From Squalus acanthias (taxonomy: Eukaryota), in the NCBI GenBank assembly GCA_030390025.1, contig CM059433.1:5828001-5892000 (forward strand): a DNA stretch of 64,000 bases. Direction: 5' to 3'. Positions 25,923 through 40,100 of this stretch are shown in pieces. The translations under genes and the position numbers were made by a program. Numbering within the stretch: the stretch's first letter is position 1; the number at the start of each line of letters is the position of its first letter. A model generated the notes under the pieces. That model saw only the letters and a list, made by a program, of their open reading frames with translations. It was not told the origin of the DNA and made no database searches.

Positions 25923-28900
25923 ATGTTTCTATGTCTTCACAAAGGAGGACACAAATAACCTCCCGGAGATGTCGGGGAACATAGGGTCTAATGAGAGGGA
26001 GGAACTGAATGAAATCAGTATTTGTAGGGAAAGGGTATAAGGGAAATTGACGGAATTGAAAGCCGATAAATCCCCAGGGCCTAATAATCTACACCTAGGG
26101 TACTTAAGGAAGTGGCCCTAGAAATAGTAAATGCATTGCTGGTCATCTTCCAAACTTCTATAGACTCTGGAACAGTTCCCATGGATTGGAGGGTAGCTAA
26201 TGTAACCCCACTATTTAAAAGAGGTGGTAGAAAGAAAATGGGGAATTATAGACCGGTAAGCCTGACATCGGTAGTGGGGAAAATGCTAGAGTCCATTATA
26301 AAAGATGTAATAGCAGAGCACTTGGAAAACAGTGCAGGATCGGACAAAGTCAACATGGATTTACAAAAGGTAAATCATGCTTGACTAATCTACAGGGTGT
26401 AACTGGTAGAATAGATAAGGGAGAACCAGTACACGTGGTGTATTTGGACTTTCAGAAGGCTTTCGATAAGGTCCCGCATAAGAGATTAGCGTGCAAAGTT
26501 AAAGCACATGGGATTGGTGGGGGTAAGGTACTGACTTGGATAGAAAACTGGTTGGCAGACAGGAAGCAAAGAGTTGGAATAAACGGGTCTTTTTCCGAGT
26601 GGCAGGCAGTGACTAGTGGGGTACCGCAGGGATCGGTGCTAGGACCCCAGCTATTCACAATATATATTAATGATCTAGACAAGGGAACTAGATGTAATAT
26701 CTCCAAGTTTGCAGACAACACAAAGCTGGGAGGGCGTATGTGCTGTGAGGAGGTTGCAGAGAAACTGCAGTATGATTTGGACAGGTTGGGTGATTGGGCA
26801 GATGCATGGCAGATGCATGGATAAATGCGAGGATATCCACTTTGGTGGCAAAAACAGGAAGGCACATTATCTGAACGGCAATAGATTGGGAATAGGGGAA
26901 GTGTAACGAGACCTGCGTGTCCTTGTGCACCAGTCGCTGAAGGTAAGCATGCAGGTGCAGCAGGCGGTGAAGAAGGCAAATGGTATGTTGGCCTTCATAG
27001 CGAGAGGATTCGAGTACTGGAGCAAGGATGTCTTGCTGCAGTTGTACAGGGCCTTGGTGAGACCTTGAGTATTGTGTGCAGTATTGGTCACCTTATCTGA
27101 GGAAGGATGCTCTTGCCATGGAGGGAATGCAGCGAAGATTCACCAGACTGATACCTGGGATGGCAGGAATGACGTATGAAGAGAGATTGGGTCGATTAGG
27201 CTTATATTCGCTAGAGTTTAGAAGAATGAGAGGGGATCTCATTGAAACTTATAAAATTCTAACAGGACTAGACAGACTAGATGCAGGAAGGCTGTTCCCG
27301 ATGGCGGGGGAGTCCAGAACCAAGGGTCACAGTCTAAGGATAAGGGGTAAGCCATTTAGGACTGAGAGGAGGAGGAATTTCTTCACCCAGAGAGTGGTGA
27401 ACCTGTGGAATTCTCTACCACAGAAGGCAGTTGAGGCCAATTCATTAAATATCTTCAAGAAGGAGTTAGATATATTTCTTAAGGCTAAGGGGATCAAGGG
27501 ATATGGGGAGAAAGCAGGGACAGGGTACTGAATTTGGATGATCAGCCATGATCACATTGAATGGCGGAGCAGGCTCGAGGGGCCGAATGGCCTACTCCTG
27601 CTCCTATCTTCTATGTTTCTATGTTTCTATGACAGTCACTCTCACCTCACCTCTGGAATTCAGCTCTTTTGTTCATGTTTGGACCAAGGCTGTAATGCGG
27701 TCAGGAGCCAAGTGGTCCTGACGGAAACCAAACTGGTCATCGGTGAGCTGGTTATTTGTGCTTTGTTAGTGCCGCTTGATAGCATTGTCGATGACAGCTT
27801 CCATCACTTTGCTGATGATGGAGAGATGGCTGATGGGATGGTAACGGGCTGTCGGATTAGTCCAGCTTTTTGTGGACTGTACATACCTGGCCAATTTACC
27901 ACTTTGTCGGGGAGATGCCAGTACGGGAACAGCTTGGATAGTGTTGCAGCTAATCCTGGACACAGGTCTTCAGCACTGCAGCCGCGATGTTGTCAGAACC
28001 CATAGCCTTTGCTGTATCCAGTGCGCTGTACCGTTCTTGATATGACGTGGAGTGAAGTGAATTAGCTGAAGACTGGCTTCTGTGAGGGTAGGACCTCAGG
28101 AACAGGCTGTGATTCATCATCCACTTGGCACTTGTGACTGAAGATGGTTGCGAAGGCTTCAGCCTTGTCTTTTTCACTCAGGTGCTGTGCTCCGCCATCA
28201 TTGAGGATGTGGATGTTCAAGGAGCCTCCTCCTCCCGTTAGTTGTTTAATTGTCCATCACCATTCCCGACTGGATGTGACAGGACTGCAGAGCTTTGATC
28301 TGATCCATTGGGTGTGGGATCGCTTAGCTCTGTCTATAGCACGCTGCCTCCGCTGTTTAACATGCATATAGTCCTGTGTTGTAGCTTCACCAAGTTGGTT
28401 TCTGATTTTCTGATACACCTGGTGCAGCTCCTGGAATGCTCTTCAACACTCCTTATTGAACCAGGGCTGGTTTGATGGTAATGGTAGAATGAGGGATATG
28501 CCGGGCCATGAGTTTACAGATTATGGTGGAATACAATTCTGTTGCTGCTGATGGCCCACAGCGCCTCATGGATGCCCAGTTTTGAGCTGCTAGATGTGTT
28601 CTTAATCTATCCCATTTAGCACAGTGGTAGGGCACAGAACACGATGAAGGGGTGTCCTCAGTGACTCGGTAGTACCATGATTGACCAAGCTGGCTGAGTC
28701 CTGAAGGACATAGCAGCCAGACTGACTCACGGCAGGTGGTGAGAGAACAAACACGAGCCTCTACCGAGCAACACTTGGTGATGGACATTGAAGTCCCCCA
28801 CCCAGAGTACATTCTGTGCACCAGCAGCCACAGTGCGCCGGAGGAGGAGGGAGTAAATGTTGAAGATGGTGGATGGGGGAGCTGATTAAGCGGCCTGCTT

Positions 28901-29317
28901 TCCCCTGGATTGTGTCGAGCTTCGTGAGTGTTGTTGGAGCTGCAACCGTCCAGGCAAGTGGAAAATATTCCATCGCACTCCTGACTTGTGCCTTGTAGGG
29001 GGTGGAAAGGCTTTGGGGAGTCAGGAGGTGGTGAGTCACTTGCGCAGAATACCCAGCATCTGACTAGCGCTTGTAGGCACAGTATTTATTTGGCTGATCT
29101 AGGTAAGTTTTTGGTCAATGGTGACCCCCAGGATGTTGATGGTGGGGAATTCAATGATGGTAATGCCATTGACTGTCATGGGGAGCTGGTTAGACTCTCT
29201 CTTGTTGGAGATGGTCATTGTCTGGCACTTGTGTTTCACAAATGTTACTTGCCACTTATCATCCCCAACCTGCATGTTGTCCAGGTCTTGCTGCACGTGG
29301 ACACAGACTGCCTCATT

Positions 29318-29839
29318 GGGCCAAAAATTCGGCACTTGCCGGGTGATTACGCGCTGTGTACTCACCGTAAGGCCTCCTGAAGTGCCGGTTTCCTGCATGC
29401 ACTGCGCATGCGCGGGAAACTGGAACTTCCGGTCTCGTGAAGGGAGGGGTTCAGAGGTGAACCGCGTGCACGGGAGAGGCTGCGCGCACGCAGGGAACTT
29501 TTTTTTTTCAGGTTTCTCCGGGAAGGTAAGTATGGAAGAAGCTGCGCTTTTAAAAAGGAGGCGCAGGACCCGTTTTTAACAAGGTAAGTGGTTAATTAAT
29601 TACAATTAAAAAAAATTTTCAACAGGTTTATCTTTTTTAGACACTTTAAAGAAAGGTAAGTTTATTTTTAGCACTCTTAAAAAGTATTTTAATTTTTTCA
29701 AAAATTTAAATTTTTGTTTTAAGTAGTTAATTTATTTAACTTATAGTTATTTTAAAAATGTGATGGTTTTTTAAAAAATGTATTTGAAGTTTAGGTGTTG
29801 TTTTGGGGCCGATTTCAATTCATAGATTTGACAGGTCTT
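29318..29839 (+). mobile_element. Left half of the same MITE, truncated at its internal hairpin loop
   Basis: Near-identical to 39335-39861, then joined to a CR1. A second such half copy lies at 34326-34846. Confidence 0.85.
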
Positions 29840-30936
29840 GGTTGGCGGACAGAAAGCAGAGAGTAGGAATTAATGCGTCTTTTTCCGAATGGCAAGTAGT
29901 GACTAGTGGGGTACCGCAGGGATCGGTCCTTGGACCCCAGCTATTCACAATATACATTAATGATCTAGATAAGGGAACTAAATGTAATATCTCCAAGTTT
30001 GCAGATGACACAAAGCTGGGTGGGAGTGTGTGCTGCGAGGAGGATACCGAGAAACTCCAGGATGATTTGGACAGGTTGGGTGATTGGGCAGAAGTGTGGC
30101 AGATGCAATATAACGTGGATAAATGCGAGGTTATCCACTTTGGTGTCAAAAACAGAAAGGCAGACTATTATCTGAATGGCAATAGATTGGGAGAAGGGGA
30201 AGTGCAACGAGACCTGGGTGTCCTTGTGCACCAGTCGCTGAAAGTAAGCATGCAGGTGCAGCAGGCGGTGAAGAAGGCAAAGGGTATGTTGGCCTTCATA
30301 GCGAAAGGGTTTGAGTATAGGAACAGGGATGTCCTGCTGCAGTTGTACAGGGCCTTGGTGAGACCACACCTTGAGTACTGTGTGCAGTTTTGGTCGCCTT
30401 ATCTGAGGAAGGATGTTCTTGCCATGGAAGGAGTTCAGCGAAGATTCACAAGGCTGATACCTGGGATGGCAGGAATGACATATGAGGAGAGATTGGGTCA
30501 ATTGGGCTTATACTCGCTGGAGTATAGAAGAATGAGAGGGGATCTCATCGAAACATATAAAATTCTGACAGGTCTGGACAAACTAGATGCAGAAAGAATG
30601 TTCCCGATGGTCGGAAAGTCCAGAACCAGGGGTGATAATCTAAGGATAAGGGGTAAGCCATTTAGGACAGAAATGAGGAAGAATTTCTTCACCCAGAGAG
30701 TGGTGAACCTGTGGAATTCTCTACCACAGAAGGTAGTTGAGGCCAAGTCATTAAATATATTCAAGAATGAGTTAGATATATTTCTTAAAGCTAAAGGTAT
30801 CAAGGGATATGGGGAGAAGGCAGGTACAGGGTACTGAGTTTGGATGATCAGCCATGATCTCATTGAATGGCGGAGCAGGCTCGAGGAGCCGAATGGCCTA
30901 CTCCTGCTCCTATCTTCTATGTTTCTATGTTTCTAT
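29840..30936 (+). mobile_element. 5'-truncated CR1 ('CR1-b', 1097 bp) with open RT C-terminus; second copy at 34847-35943
   Basis: 344-aa ORF ([20 protein letters not shown]). GTCTT at both junctions. Confidence 0.93.
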
Positions 30937-33900
30937 GTCTTCACAAAGGAGGACACAAATAACCTCCCAGAGATGTCGGGGAACATAGGGTCTAATGAGA
31001 GGGAGGAACTGAATGAAATCAGTATTTGTAGGGAAATGGTATAAGGGAAATTGACGGGATTGAAGGCCGATAAATCCCCAGGGCCTGATAATCTACATCC
31101 TAGGGTACTTAAGGAAGTGGCCCTAGAAATAGTAGATGCATTGCTGGTCATCTTCCAAACTTCTATAGACTCTGGAACAGTTCCCATGGATTGGAGGGTA
31201 GCTAATGTAACCCCACTATTTAAAAGAGGTGGTAGAGAGAAAATGGGGAATTATAGACCGGTAAGCCTGACATCGGTAGTGGGGAAAATGCTAGAGTCCA
31301 TTATAAAAGATGTAATAGCAGAGCACTTGGAAAAGAGTGACAGGATCGGACAAAGTCAACATGGATTTACAAAAGGTAAATCAGGCTTGACTAATCTACA
31401 GGGTGTAACTGGTAGAATAGATAAGGGAGAACCAGTACACGTGGTGTATTTGGACTTTCAGAAGGCTTTCGATAAGGTCCCGCATAAGAGATTAGCGTGC
31501 AAAGTTAAAGCACATGGGATTGGTGGGGGTAAGGTACTGACTTGGATAGAAAACTGGTTGGCAGACAGGAAGCAAAGAGTTGGAATAAACGGGTCTTTTT
31601 CCGAGTGGCAGGCAGTGACTAGTGGGGTACCGCAGGGATCGGTACTAGGACCCCAGCTATTCACAACATATATTAATGATCTAGACGAGGGAACTAGATG
31701 TAATATCTCCAAGTTTGCAGACAACACAAAGCTGGGTGGGCGTATGTGCTGTGAGGAGGTTGCAGAGAAACTGCAGTATGATTTGGACAGGTTGGGTGAT
31801 TGGGCAGATGCATGGCAGATGCATGGATAAATGCGAGGATATCCACTTTGGTGGCAAAAACAGGAAGGCACATTATCTGAACGGCAATAGATTGGGAATA
31901 GGGGAAGTGTAACGAGACCTGCGTGTCCTTGTGCACCAGTCGCTGAAGGTAAGCATGCAGGTGCAGCAGGCGGTGAAGAAGTCAAATGGTATGTTGGCCT
32001 TCATAGCGAGAGGATTCGAGTACAGGAGCAAGGATGTCTTGCTGCAGTTGTACAGGGCCTTGGTGAGACCTTGAGTATTGTGTGCAGTTTTGGTCGCCTT
32101 ATCTGAGGAAGGATGCTCTTGCCATGGAGGGAGTGCAGCGAAGATTCACCAGGCTGATACCTGGGATGGCAGGAATGACATATGAGGAGAGATTGGGTTG
32201 ATTAGGCTTATATTCGCTAGAGTTTAGAAGAATGAGAGGGGATCTCATTGAAACATATAAAATTCTAACAGGACTAGACAGACTAGATGCTGGAAGGCTG
32301 TTCCCGATGGCGGGGGAGTCCAGAACCAAGGGTCACAGTCTAAGGATAAGGGGTAAGCCATTTAGGACTGAGAGGAGGAGGAATTTCTTCACCCAGAGAG
32401 TGGTGAACCTGTGGAATTCTCTACCACAGAAGGCAGTTGAGGCCAATTCATTAAATATCTTCAAGCAGGAGTTAGATATATTTCTTAAGGCTAAGGGGAT
32501 CAAGGGATATGGGAAGAAAGCAGGGACAGGGTACTGAATTTGAATGATCAGCCATGATCACATTGAATGGCGGAGCAGGCTCGAGGGGCCGAATGGCCTA
32601 CTCCTGCTCCTATCTTCTATGTTTCTATGTTTCTATGACAGTCACTCTCACCTCACCTCTGGAATTCAGCTCTTTTGTCCATGTTTGGACCAAGGCTGTA
32701 ATGCGGTCAGGAGCCAAGTGGTCCTGACGGAAACCAAACTGGTCATCGGTGAGCTGGTTATTTGTGCCTTTGTTAGTGCCGCTTGATAGCATTGTCGATG
32801 ACAGCTTCCATCACTTTGCTGATGATGGAGAGATGGCTGATGGGATGGTAACGGGCTGTCGGATTAGTCCAGCTTTTTGTGGACTGTACATACCTGGCCA
32901 ATTTATCACTTTGTCGGGGAGATGCCAGTACGGGAACAGCTTGGATAGTGTTGCAGCTAGTTCTGGACGCAGGTCTTCAGCACTGCAGCCGCGATGTTGT
33001 CAGAACCCATAGCCTTTGCTGTATCCAGTGCGCTGTACCGTTCTTGATATCACATGGAGTGAAGTGAATTAGCTGAAGACTGGCTTCTGTGATGTTGGGG
33101 ACCTCAGGAGCAGGCCGAGATGCATCATCCACTTGGCACTTGTGACTGAAGATGGTTGCGAAGGCTTCAGCCTTGTCTTTTTCACTCAGGTGCTGTGCTC
33201 CGCCATCATTGAGGATGTGGATGTTCAAGGAGCCTCCTCCTCCCGATAGTTGTTTAATTGTCCATCACCATTCCCGACTGGATGTGACAGGACTGCAGAG
33301 CGTTGATCTGATCCATTGGGTGTGGGATCGCTTTGCTCTGTCTATAGCACGCTGCCTCCGCTGTTTAACATGCATATAGTCCTGTGTTGTAGCTTCACCA
33401 AGTTGGTTTCTGATTTTCTGATACACCTGGTGCAGCTCCTGGAATGCTCTTCAACACTCCTTATTGAACCAGGGCTGGTTTGATGGTAATGGTAGAATGA
33501 GGGATATGCCGGGCCATGAGTTTACAGATTATGGTGGAATACAATTCTGTTGCTGCTGATGGCCCACAGCGCCTCATGGATGCCCAGTTTTGAGCTGCTA
33601 GATGTGTTCTTAATCTATCCCATTTAGCACAGTGGTTGGGCACAGAACACGATGAAGGGGTGTCCTCAGTGACTCGGTAGAACCATGATTGACCAAGCTG
33701 GCTGAGTCCTGAAGGACATAGCAGCCAGACTGACTCACGGCAGGTGGTGAGAGAACAAACACGAGCCTCTACCGAGCAACATTTGGTGATGGACATTGAA
33801 GTCCACCACCCAGAGTACATTCTGTGCACCAGCAGCCACAGTGCGCCGGAGGAGGAGGGAGTAAATATTTAAGATGGTGGATGGGGGAGCTGATTAAGCG

Positions 33901-36900
33901 GCCTGCTTTACTCTGGATTGTGTCGAGCTTCGTGAGTGTTGTTGGAGCTGCAACCGTCCAGGCAAGTGGAAAATATTCTATCGCACTCCTGACTTGTGCC
34001 TTGTAGGGGGTGGAAAGGCTTTGGGGAGTCAGGAGGTGGTGAGTCACTTGCGCAGAATACCCAGCATCTGACTAGCGCTTGTAGGCACAGTACTTATTTG
34101 GCTGATCTCGGTAAGTTTTTGGTCAATGGTGACCCCCAGGATGTTGATGGTGGGGAATTCAATGATGGTAATGCCATTGACTATCATGGGGAGGTGGTTA
34201 GACTCTCTCTTGTTGGATATGGTCATTGTCTGGCACTTGTGTGTCACAAATGTTACTTGCCACTTATCATCCCTAACCTGCATGTTGTCCAGGTCTTGCT
34301 GCACGTGGACACAGACTGCCTCATGGGGCCAAAAATTCGGCAATTGCCGGGTGAGTACGCGTTATGTACGCACCCGTAAGGCCTCCTGAAGTGCCGGTTT
34401 CCTGCATGCACTGCGCATGCGTGGGAAACTGGAACTTCCGGTCTCGTGAAGGGAGGGGTTCAGAGGTGAACCGCGTGCACGGGAGAGGCTGCGCGCACGC
34501 AGGGAACTTAGTTTTTTTTCAGGTTTCTCCGGGAAGGTAAGTATGGAAGAAGCTGCGCTTTTAAAAAGGAGGCGCAGGACCCGATTTTAACAAGGTAAGT
34601 GGTTAATTAATTAGAATTAAAAAAAATTTTCAACAGGTTTATCTTTTTTAGATACTTTAAAGAAAGGTAAGTTTATTTTTAGCACTCTTAAAAAGTATTT
34701 TTTTTTTTTAATTTAAATTTTTGTTTTAAGTAGTTAATTTATTTAACTTATAGTTATTTTAAAAATGTGATGGTTTTTTAAAAAATGTATTTGAAGTTTA
34801 GGTGTTGTTTTGGTTCCGATTTCAATTCATAGATTTGACAGGTCTTGGTTGGCGGACAGAAAGCAGAGAGTAGGAATTAATGGGACTTTTTCCGAATGGC
34901 AAGTAGTGACTAGTCGGGTACCGCAGGGATCGGTCCTTGGACCCCAGCTATTCACAATATACATTAATGATCTAGATAAGGGAACTAAATGTAATATCTC
35001 CAAGTTTGCAGATGACACAAAGCTGGGTGGGAGTGTGTGCTGCGAGGAGGATACCGAGAAACTCCAGGATGATTTGGACAGGTTGGGTGATTGGGCAGAA
35101 GTGTGGCAGATGCAATATAACGTGGATAAATGCGAGGTTATCCACTTTGGTGTCAAAAACAGAAAGGCAGACTATTATCTGAATGGCAATAGATTGGGAG
35201 AAGGGGAAGTGCAACGAGACCTGGGTGTCCTTGTGCACCAGTCGCTGAAAGTAAGCATGCAGGTGCAGCAGGCGGTGAAGAAGGCAAATGGTATGTTGGC
35301 CTTCATAGCGAAAGGGTTTGAGTATAGGAACAGGGATGTCCTGCTGCAGTTGTACAGGGCCTTGGTGAGACCACACCTTGAGTACTGTGTGCAGTTTTGG
35401 TCGCCTTATCTGAGGAAGGATGTTCTTGCCATGGAAGGAGTTCAGCGAAGATTCACAAGGCTGATACCTGGGATGGCAGGAATGACATATGAGGAGAGAT
35501 TGGGTCGATTGGGCTTATACTCGCTGGAGTATAGAAGAATGAGAGGGGATCTCATCGAAACATATAAAATTCTGACAGGTCTGGACAAACTAGATGCAGG
35601 AAGAATGTTCCCGATGGTCGGAGAGTCCAGAACCAGGGGTCATAATCTAAGGATAAGGGGTAAGCCATTTAGGACAGAAATGAGGAAGAATTTCTTCACC
35701 CAGAGAGTGGTGAACCTGTGGAATTCTCTACCACAGAAGGTAGTTGAGGCCAAGTCATTAAATATATTCAAGAATGAGTTAGATATATTTCTTAAAGCTA
35801 AAGGTATCAAGGGATATGGGGAGAAGGCAGGTACAGGGTACTGAGTTTGGATGATCAGCCATGATCTCATCGAATGGCGGAGCAGGCTCGAGGGGCCGAA
35901 TGGCCTACTCCTGCTCCTATCTTCTATGTTTCTATGTTTCTATGTCTTCACAAAGGAGGACACAAATAACCTCCCAGAGATGTCGGGGAACATAGGGTCT
36001 AATGAGAGGGAGGAACTGAATGAAATCAGTATTTGTAGGGAAATGGTATAAGGGAAATTGACGGGATTGAAGGCCGATAAATCCCCAGGGCCTGATAATC
36101 TACATCCTAGGGTACTTAAGGAAGTGGCCCTAGAAATAGTAGATGCATTGCTGGTCATCTTCCAAACTTCTATAGACTCTGGAACAGTTCCCATGGATTG
36201 GAGGGTAGCTAATGTAACCCCACTATTTAAAAGAGGTGGTAGAGAGAAAATGGGGAATTATAGACCGGTAAGCCTGACATCGGTAGTGGGGAAAATGCTA
36301 GAGTCCATTATAAAAGATGTAATAGCAGAGCACTTGGAAAACAGTGACAGGATCGGACAAAGTCAACATGGATTTACAAAAGGTAAATCATGCTTGACTA
36401 ATCTACAGGGTGTAACTGGTAGAATAGATAAGGGAGAACCAGTACACGTGGTGTATTTGGACTTTCAGAAGGCTTTCGATAAGGTCCCGCATAAGAGATT
36501 AGCGTGCAAAGTTAAAGCACATGGGATTGGTGGGGGTAAGGTACTGACTTGGATAGAAAACTGGTTGGCAGACAGGAAGCAAAGAGTTGGAATAAACGGG
36601 TCTTTTTCCGAGTGGCAGGCAGTGACTAGTGGGGTACCGCAGGGATCGGTGCTAGGACCCCAGCTATTCACAATATATATTAATGATCTAGACGAGGGAA
36701 CTAGATGTAATATCTCCAAGTTTGCAGACAACACAAAGCTGGGTGGGCGTATGTGCTGTGAGGAGGTTGCAGAGAAACTGCAGTATGATTTGGACAGGTT
36801 GGGTGATTGGGCAGATGCATGGCAGATGCATGGATAAATGCGAGGATATCCACTTTGGTGGCAAAAACAGGAAGGCACATTATCTGAACGGCAATAGATT

Positions 36901-39334
36901 GGGAAAAGGGGAAGTGTAACGAGACCTGCGTGTCCTTGTGCACCAGTCGCTGAAGGTAAGCATGCAGGTGCAGCAGGCGGTTAAGAAGGCAAATGGTATG
37001 TTGGCCTTCATAGCGAGAGGATTCGAGTACAGGAGCAAGGATGTCTTGCTGCAGTTGTACAGGGCCTTGGTGAGACCACACCTTGAGTATTGTGTGCAGT
37101 TTTGGTCGCCTTATCTGAGGAAGGATGCTCTTGCCATGGAGGGAGTGCAGCGAAGATTCACCAGACTGATACCTGGGATGGCAGGAATGACGTATGAAGA
37201 GAGATTGGGTCGATTAGGCTTATATTCGCTAGAGTTTAGAAGAATGAGAGGGGATCTCATTGAAACTTATAAAATTCTAACAGGACTAGACAGACTAGAT
37301 GCAGGAAGGCTGTTCCCGATGGCGGGGGAGTCCAGAACCAAGGGTCACAGTCTAAGGATAAGGGGTAAGCCATTTAGGACTGAGAGGAGGAGGAATTTCT
37401 TCACCCAGAGAGTGGTGAACCTGTGGAATTCTCTACCACAGAAGGCAGTTGAGGCCAATTCATTAAATATCTTCAAGAAGGAGTTAGATATATTTCTTAA
37501 GGCTAAGGGGATCAAGGGATATGGGGAGAAAGCAGGGACAGGGTACTGAATTTGGATGATCAGCCATGATCACATTGAATGGCGGAGCAGGCTCGAGGGG
37601 CCGAATGGCCTACTCCTGCTCCTATCTTCTATGTTTCTATGTTTCTATGACAGTCACTCTCACCTCACCTCTGGAATTCAGCTCTTTTGTCCATGTTTGG
37701 ACCAAGGCTGTAATGCGGTCAGGAGCCAAGTGGTCCTGACGGAAACCAAACTGGTCATCGGTGAGCTGGTTATTTGTGCCTTTGTTAGTGCCGCTTGATA
37801 GCATTGTCGATGACAGCTTCCATCACTTTGCTGATGATGGAGAGATGGCTGATGGGATGGTAACGGGCTGTCGGATTAGTCCAGCTTTTTGTGGACTGTA
37901 CATACCTGGCCAATTTACCACTTTGTCGGGGAGATGCCAGTACGGGAACAGCTTGGATAGTGTTGCAGCTAGTTCTGGACACAGGTCTTCAGCACTGCAG
38001 CCGCGATGTTGTCAGAACCCATAGCCTTTGCTGTATCCAGTGCGCTGTACCGTTCTTGATATCACATGGAGTGAAGTGAATTAGCTGAAGACTGGCTTCT
38101 GTGAGGGTGGGACCTCAGGAGCAGGCCGAGATGCATCATCCACTTGGCACTTGTGACTGAAGATGGTTGCGAAGGCTTCAGCCTTGTCTTTTGCATCCAC
38201 GTGCTGTGCTCCGCCAGCCTTCAGGATGGGAATGGTCAAGGAGCCTCCTCCTCCCGTCAGTTGTTAATTGTCCATCGCCATTCCCGACTGGATGTGGCAG
38301 GACTGCAGAGCTTTGATCTGATCCATTGTGTGTGGGATCGCTTAGCTCTGTCTATAGCATGCTGCCTCCGCTGCTTAACATGCATATAGTCCTGTGTTGT
38401 AGCTTCACCAAGTTGGTTTCTGGTTTTCTGATACACCTGGTGCAGCTCCTGGAATGCTCTTCAACACTCCTTATTGAACCAGGGCTGGTTTGATGGTAAT
38501 GGTAGAATGAGGGATATGCAGGGCCATGAGTTTACAGATTATGGTGGAATACAATTCTGTTGCTGCTGATGGCCCACAGCGCCTCATGGATGCCCAGTTT
38601 TGAGCTGCTAGATGTGTTCTTAATCTAACCCATTTAGCACAGTGGTAGGGCACAGAACACGATGAAGGGGTGTCCTCAGTGACTCGGTAGTACCATGATT
38701 GACCAAGCTGGCTGAGTCCTGAAGGACATAGCAGCCAGACTGACTCACGGCAGGTGGTGAGAGAACAAACACGAGCCTCTACCGAGCAACACTTGGTGAT
38801 GGACATTGAAGTCCCCCACCCAGAGTACATTCTGTGCACCAGCAGCCACAGTGCGCCGGAGGAGGAGGGAGTAAATGTTTAAGATGGTGGATGGGGGAGC
38901 TGATTAAGCGGCCTGCTTTCCCCTGGATTGTGTCGAGCTTCGTGAGTGTTGTTGGAGCTGCAACCGTCCAGGCAAGTGGAAAATATTCCATCGCACTCCT
39001 GACTTGTGCCTTGTAGGGGTGGAAAGGCTTTGGGGAGTCAGGAGGTGGTGAGTCACTTGCGCAGAATACCCAGCATCTGACTAGCTCTTGTAGGCACAGT
39101 ATTTATTTGGCTGATCTAGTTAAGTTTTTGGTCAATGGTGACCCCCAGGATGTTGATGGTGGGGAATTCAATGATGGTAATGCCATTGACTGTCATGGGG
39201 AGGTGGTTAGACTCTCTCTTGTTGGAGATGGTCATTGTCTGGCACTTGTGTGTCACAAATGTTACTTGCCACTTATCATCCCCAACCTGCATGTTGTCCA
39301 GGTCTTGCTGCACGTGGACACAGACTGCCTCATT

Positions 39335-40100
39335 GGGCCAAAAATTCGGCACTTGCCGGGTGAGTACGCGCTGTGCTCTCACCCGTAAGGCCACCTGAAG
39401 TGCCGGTTTCCTGCATTCACTGTGCATGCGCGGGAAACTGGAACTCCCGGTCTCGTGAAGGGAGGGGTTCAGAGGTGAACCGCGTGCACGGGAGAGGCTG
39501 CGCACACGCAGGGAACTTAGGTTTTTTTTTCAGGTTTCTCCGGGAAGGTAAGTATGGAAGAAGCTGCGCTTTTAAAAAGGAGGCGCAGGACCCGTTTTTA
39601 ACAAAGTAAGTGGTTAATTAATTACAATTCAAAAAAAATTTCAGCAGGTTTATCTTTTTTAGATACTTTAAAGAAAGGTAAGTTTATTTTTAGCACTCTT
39701 AAAAAGTATTTTAATTTTTTCAAAAATTTTAATTTTTGTTTTAAGTAGTTAATTTATTTAACTTACAGTTATTTTAAAAATGTGATGGTTTTTAAAAAAA
39801 TGTATTTGTAGTTTAGGTGTTGTTTTGGGGCCGATTTCAATGCATAGATTTGACAGGTCTTCCTGTCAAATCTATGAATGAAAGATGGTCTGCTGCCATT
39901 GGCTCTCCATGGCCCACGTGATCCCAAGGGACGCATCGCACTAACTACGCCCCTGGGATACACAAGCACTGCGCGCCGGCAGCTGCAGGAGGCCCAGGAG
40001 CTGAAGTCCCGTGGGCCCAGAGGTCAACGGCAGGCGCGGTAGGTAGGTGCGCGCGCGGTCATTGCACCCGCGGGAAGCCAGGGAGCCAAATTTCTGGGCC
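39335..40100 (+). mobile_element. PIF/Harbinger-type MITE, complete copy
   Basis: GGGCCAAAAATT...AAATTTCTGGGCC inserted in LINE sequence gcctcATTatctgac (empty site visible at ~20172 and ~43110). TSD att/aat has one mismatch. Confidence 0.83.

Larger units (their letters stand above)
25933..39861. repeat. Tandem segmental array, period ~5.0 kb (25933-30936, 30937-35943, partial 35944-39861)
   Basis: ORF pairs are offset by 5006-5012 nt (29803/34810, 31051/36058, 27538/32544/37556). Each unit is CR1-a + minus-strand LINE piece + half MITE + CR1-b. Copies differ by scattered SNPs and indels. Confidence 0.95.

Noticed and set aside
29803..30837. 344-aa ORF (also 34810..35844 and 41918..42997) as host or domesticated RT genes
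   Set aside because: These are 5'-truncated CR1 ORF2 ends with CR1 tails; their nominal starts lie in flanking repeats.
25933..39861. 5-kb array as a pure assembly artefact
   Set aside because: Copies carry distinct SNPs and indels and mosaic sharing patterns. Real duplication is more likely, though long reads are needed to be sure.
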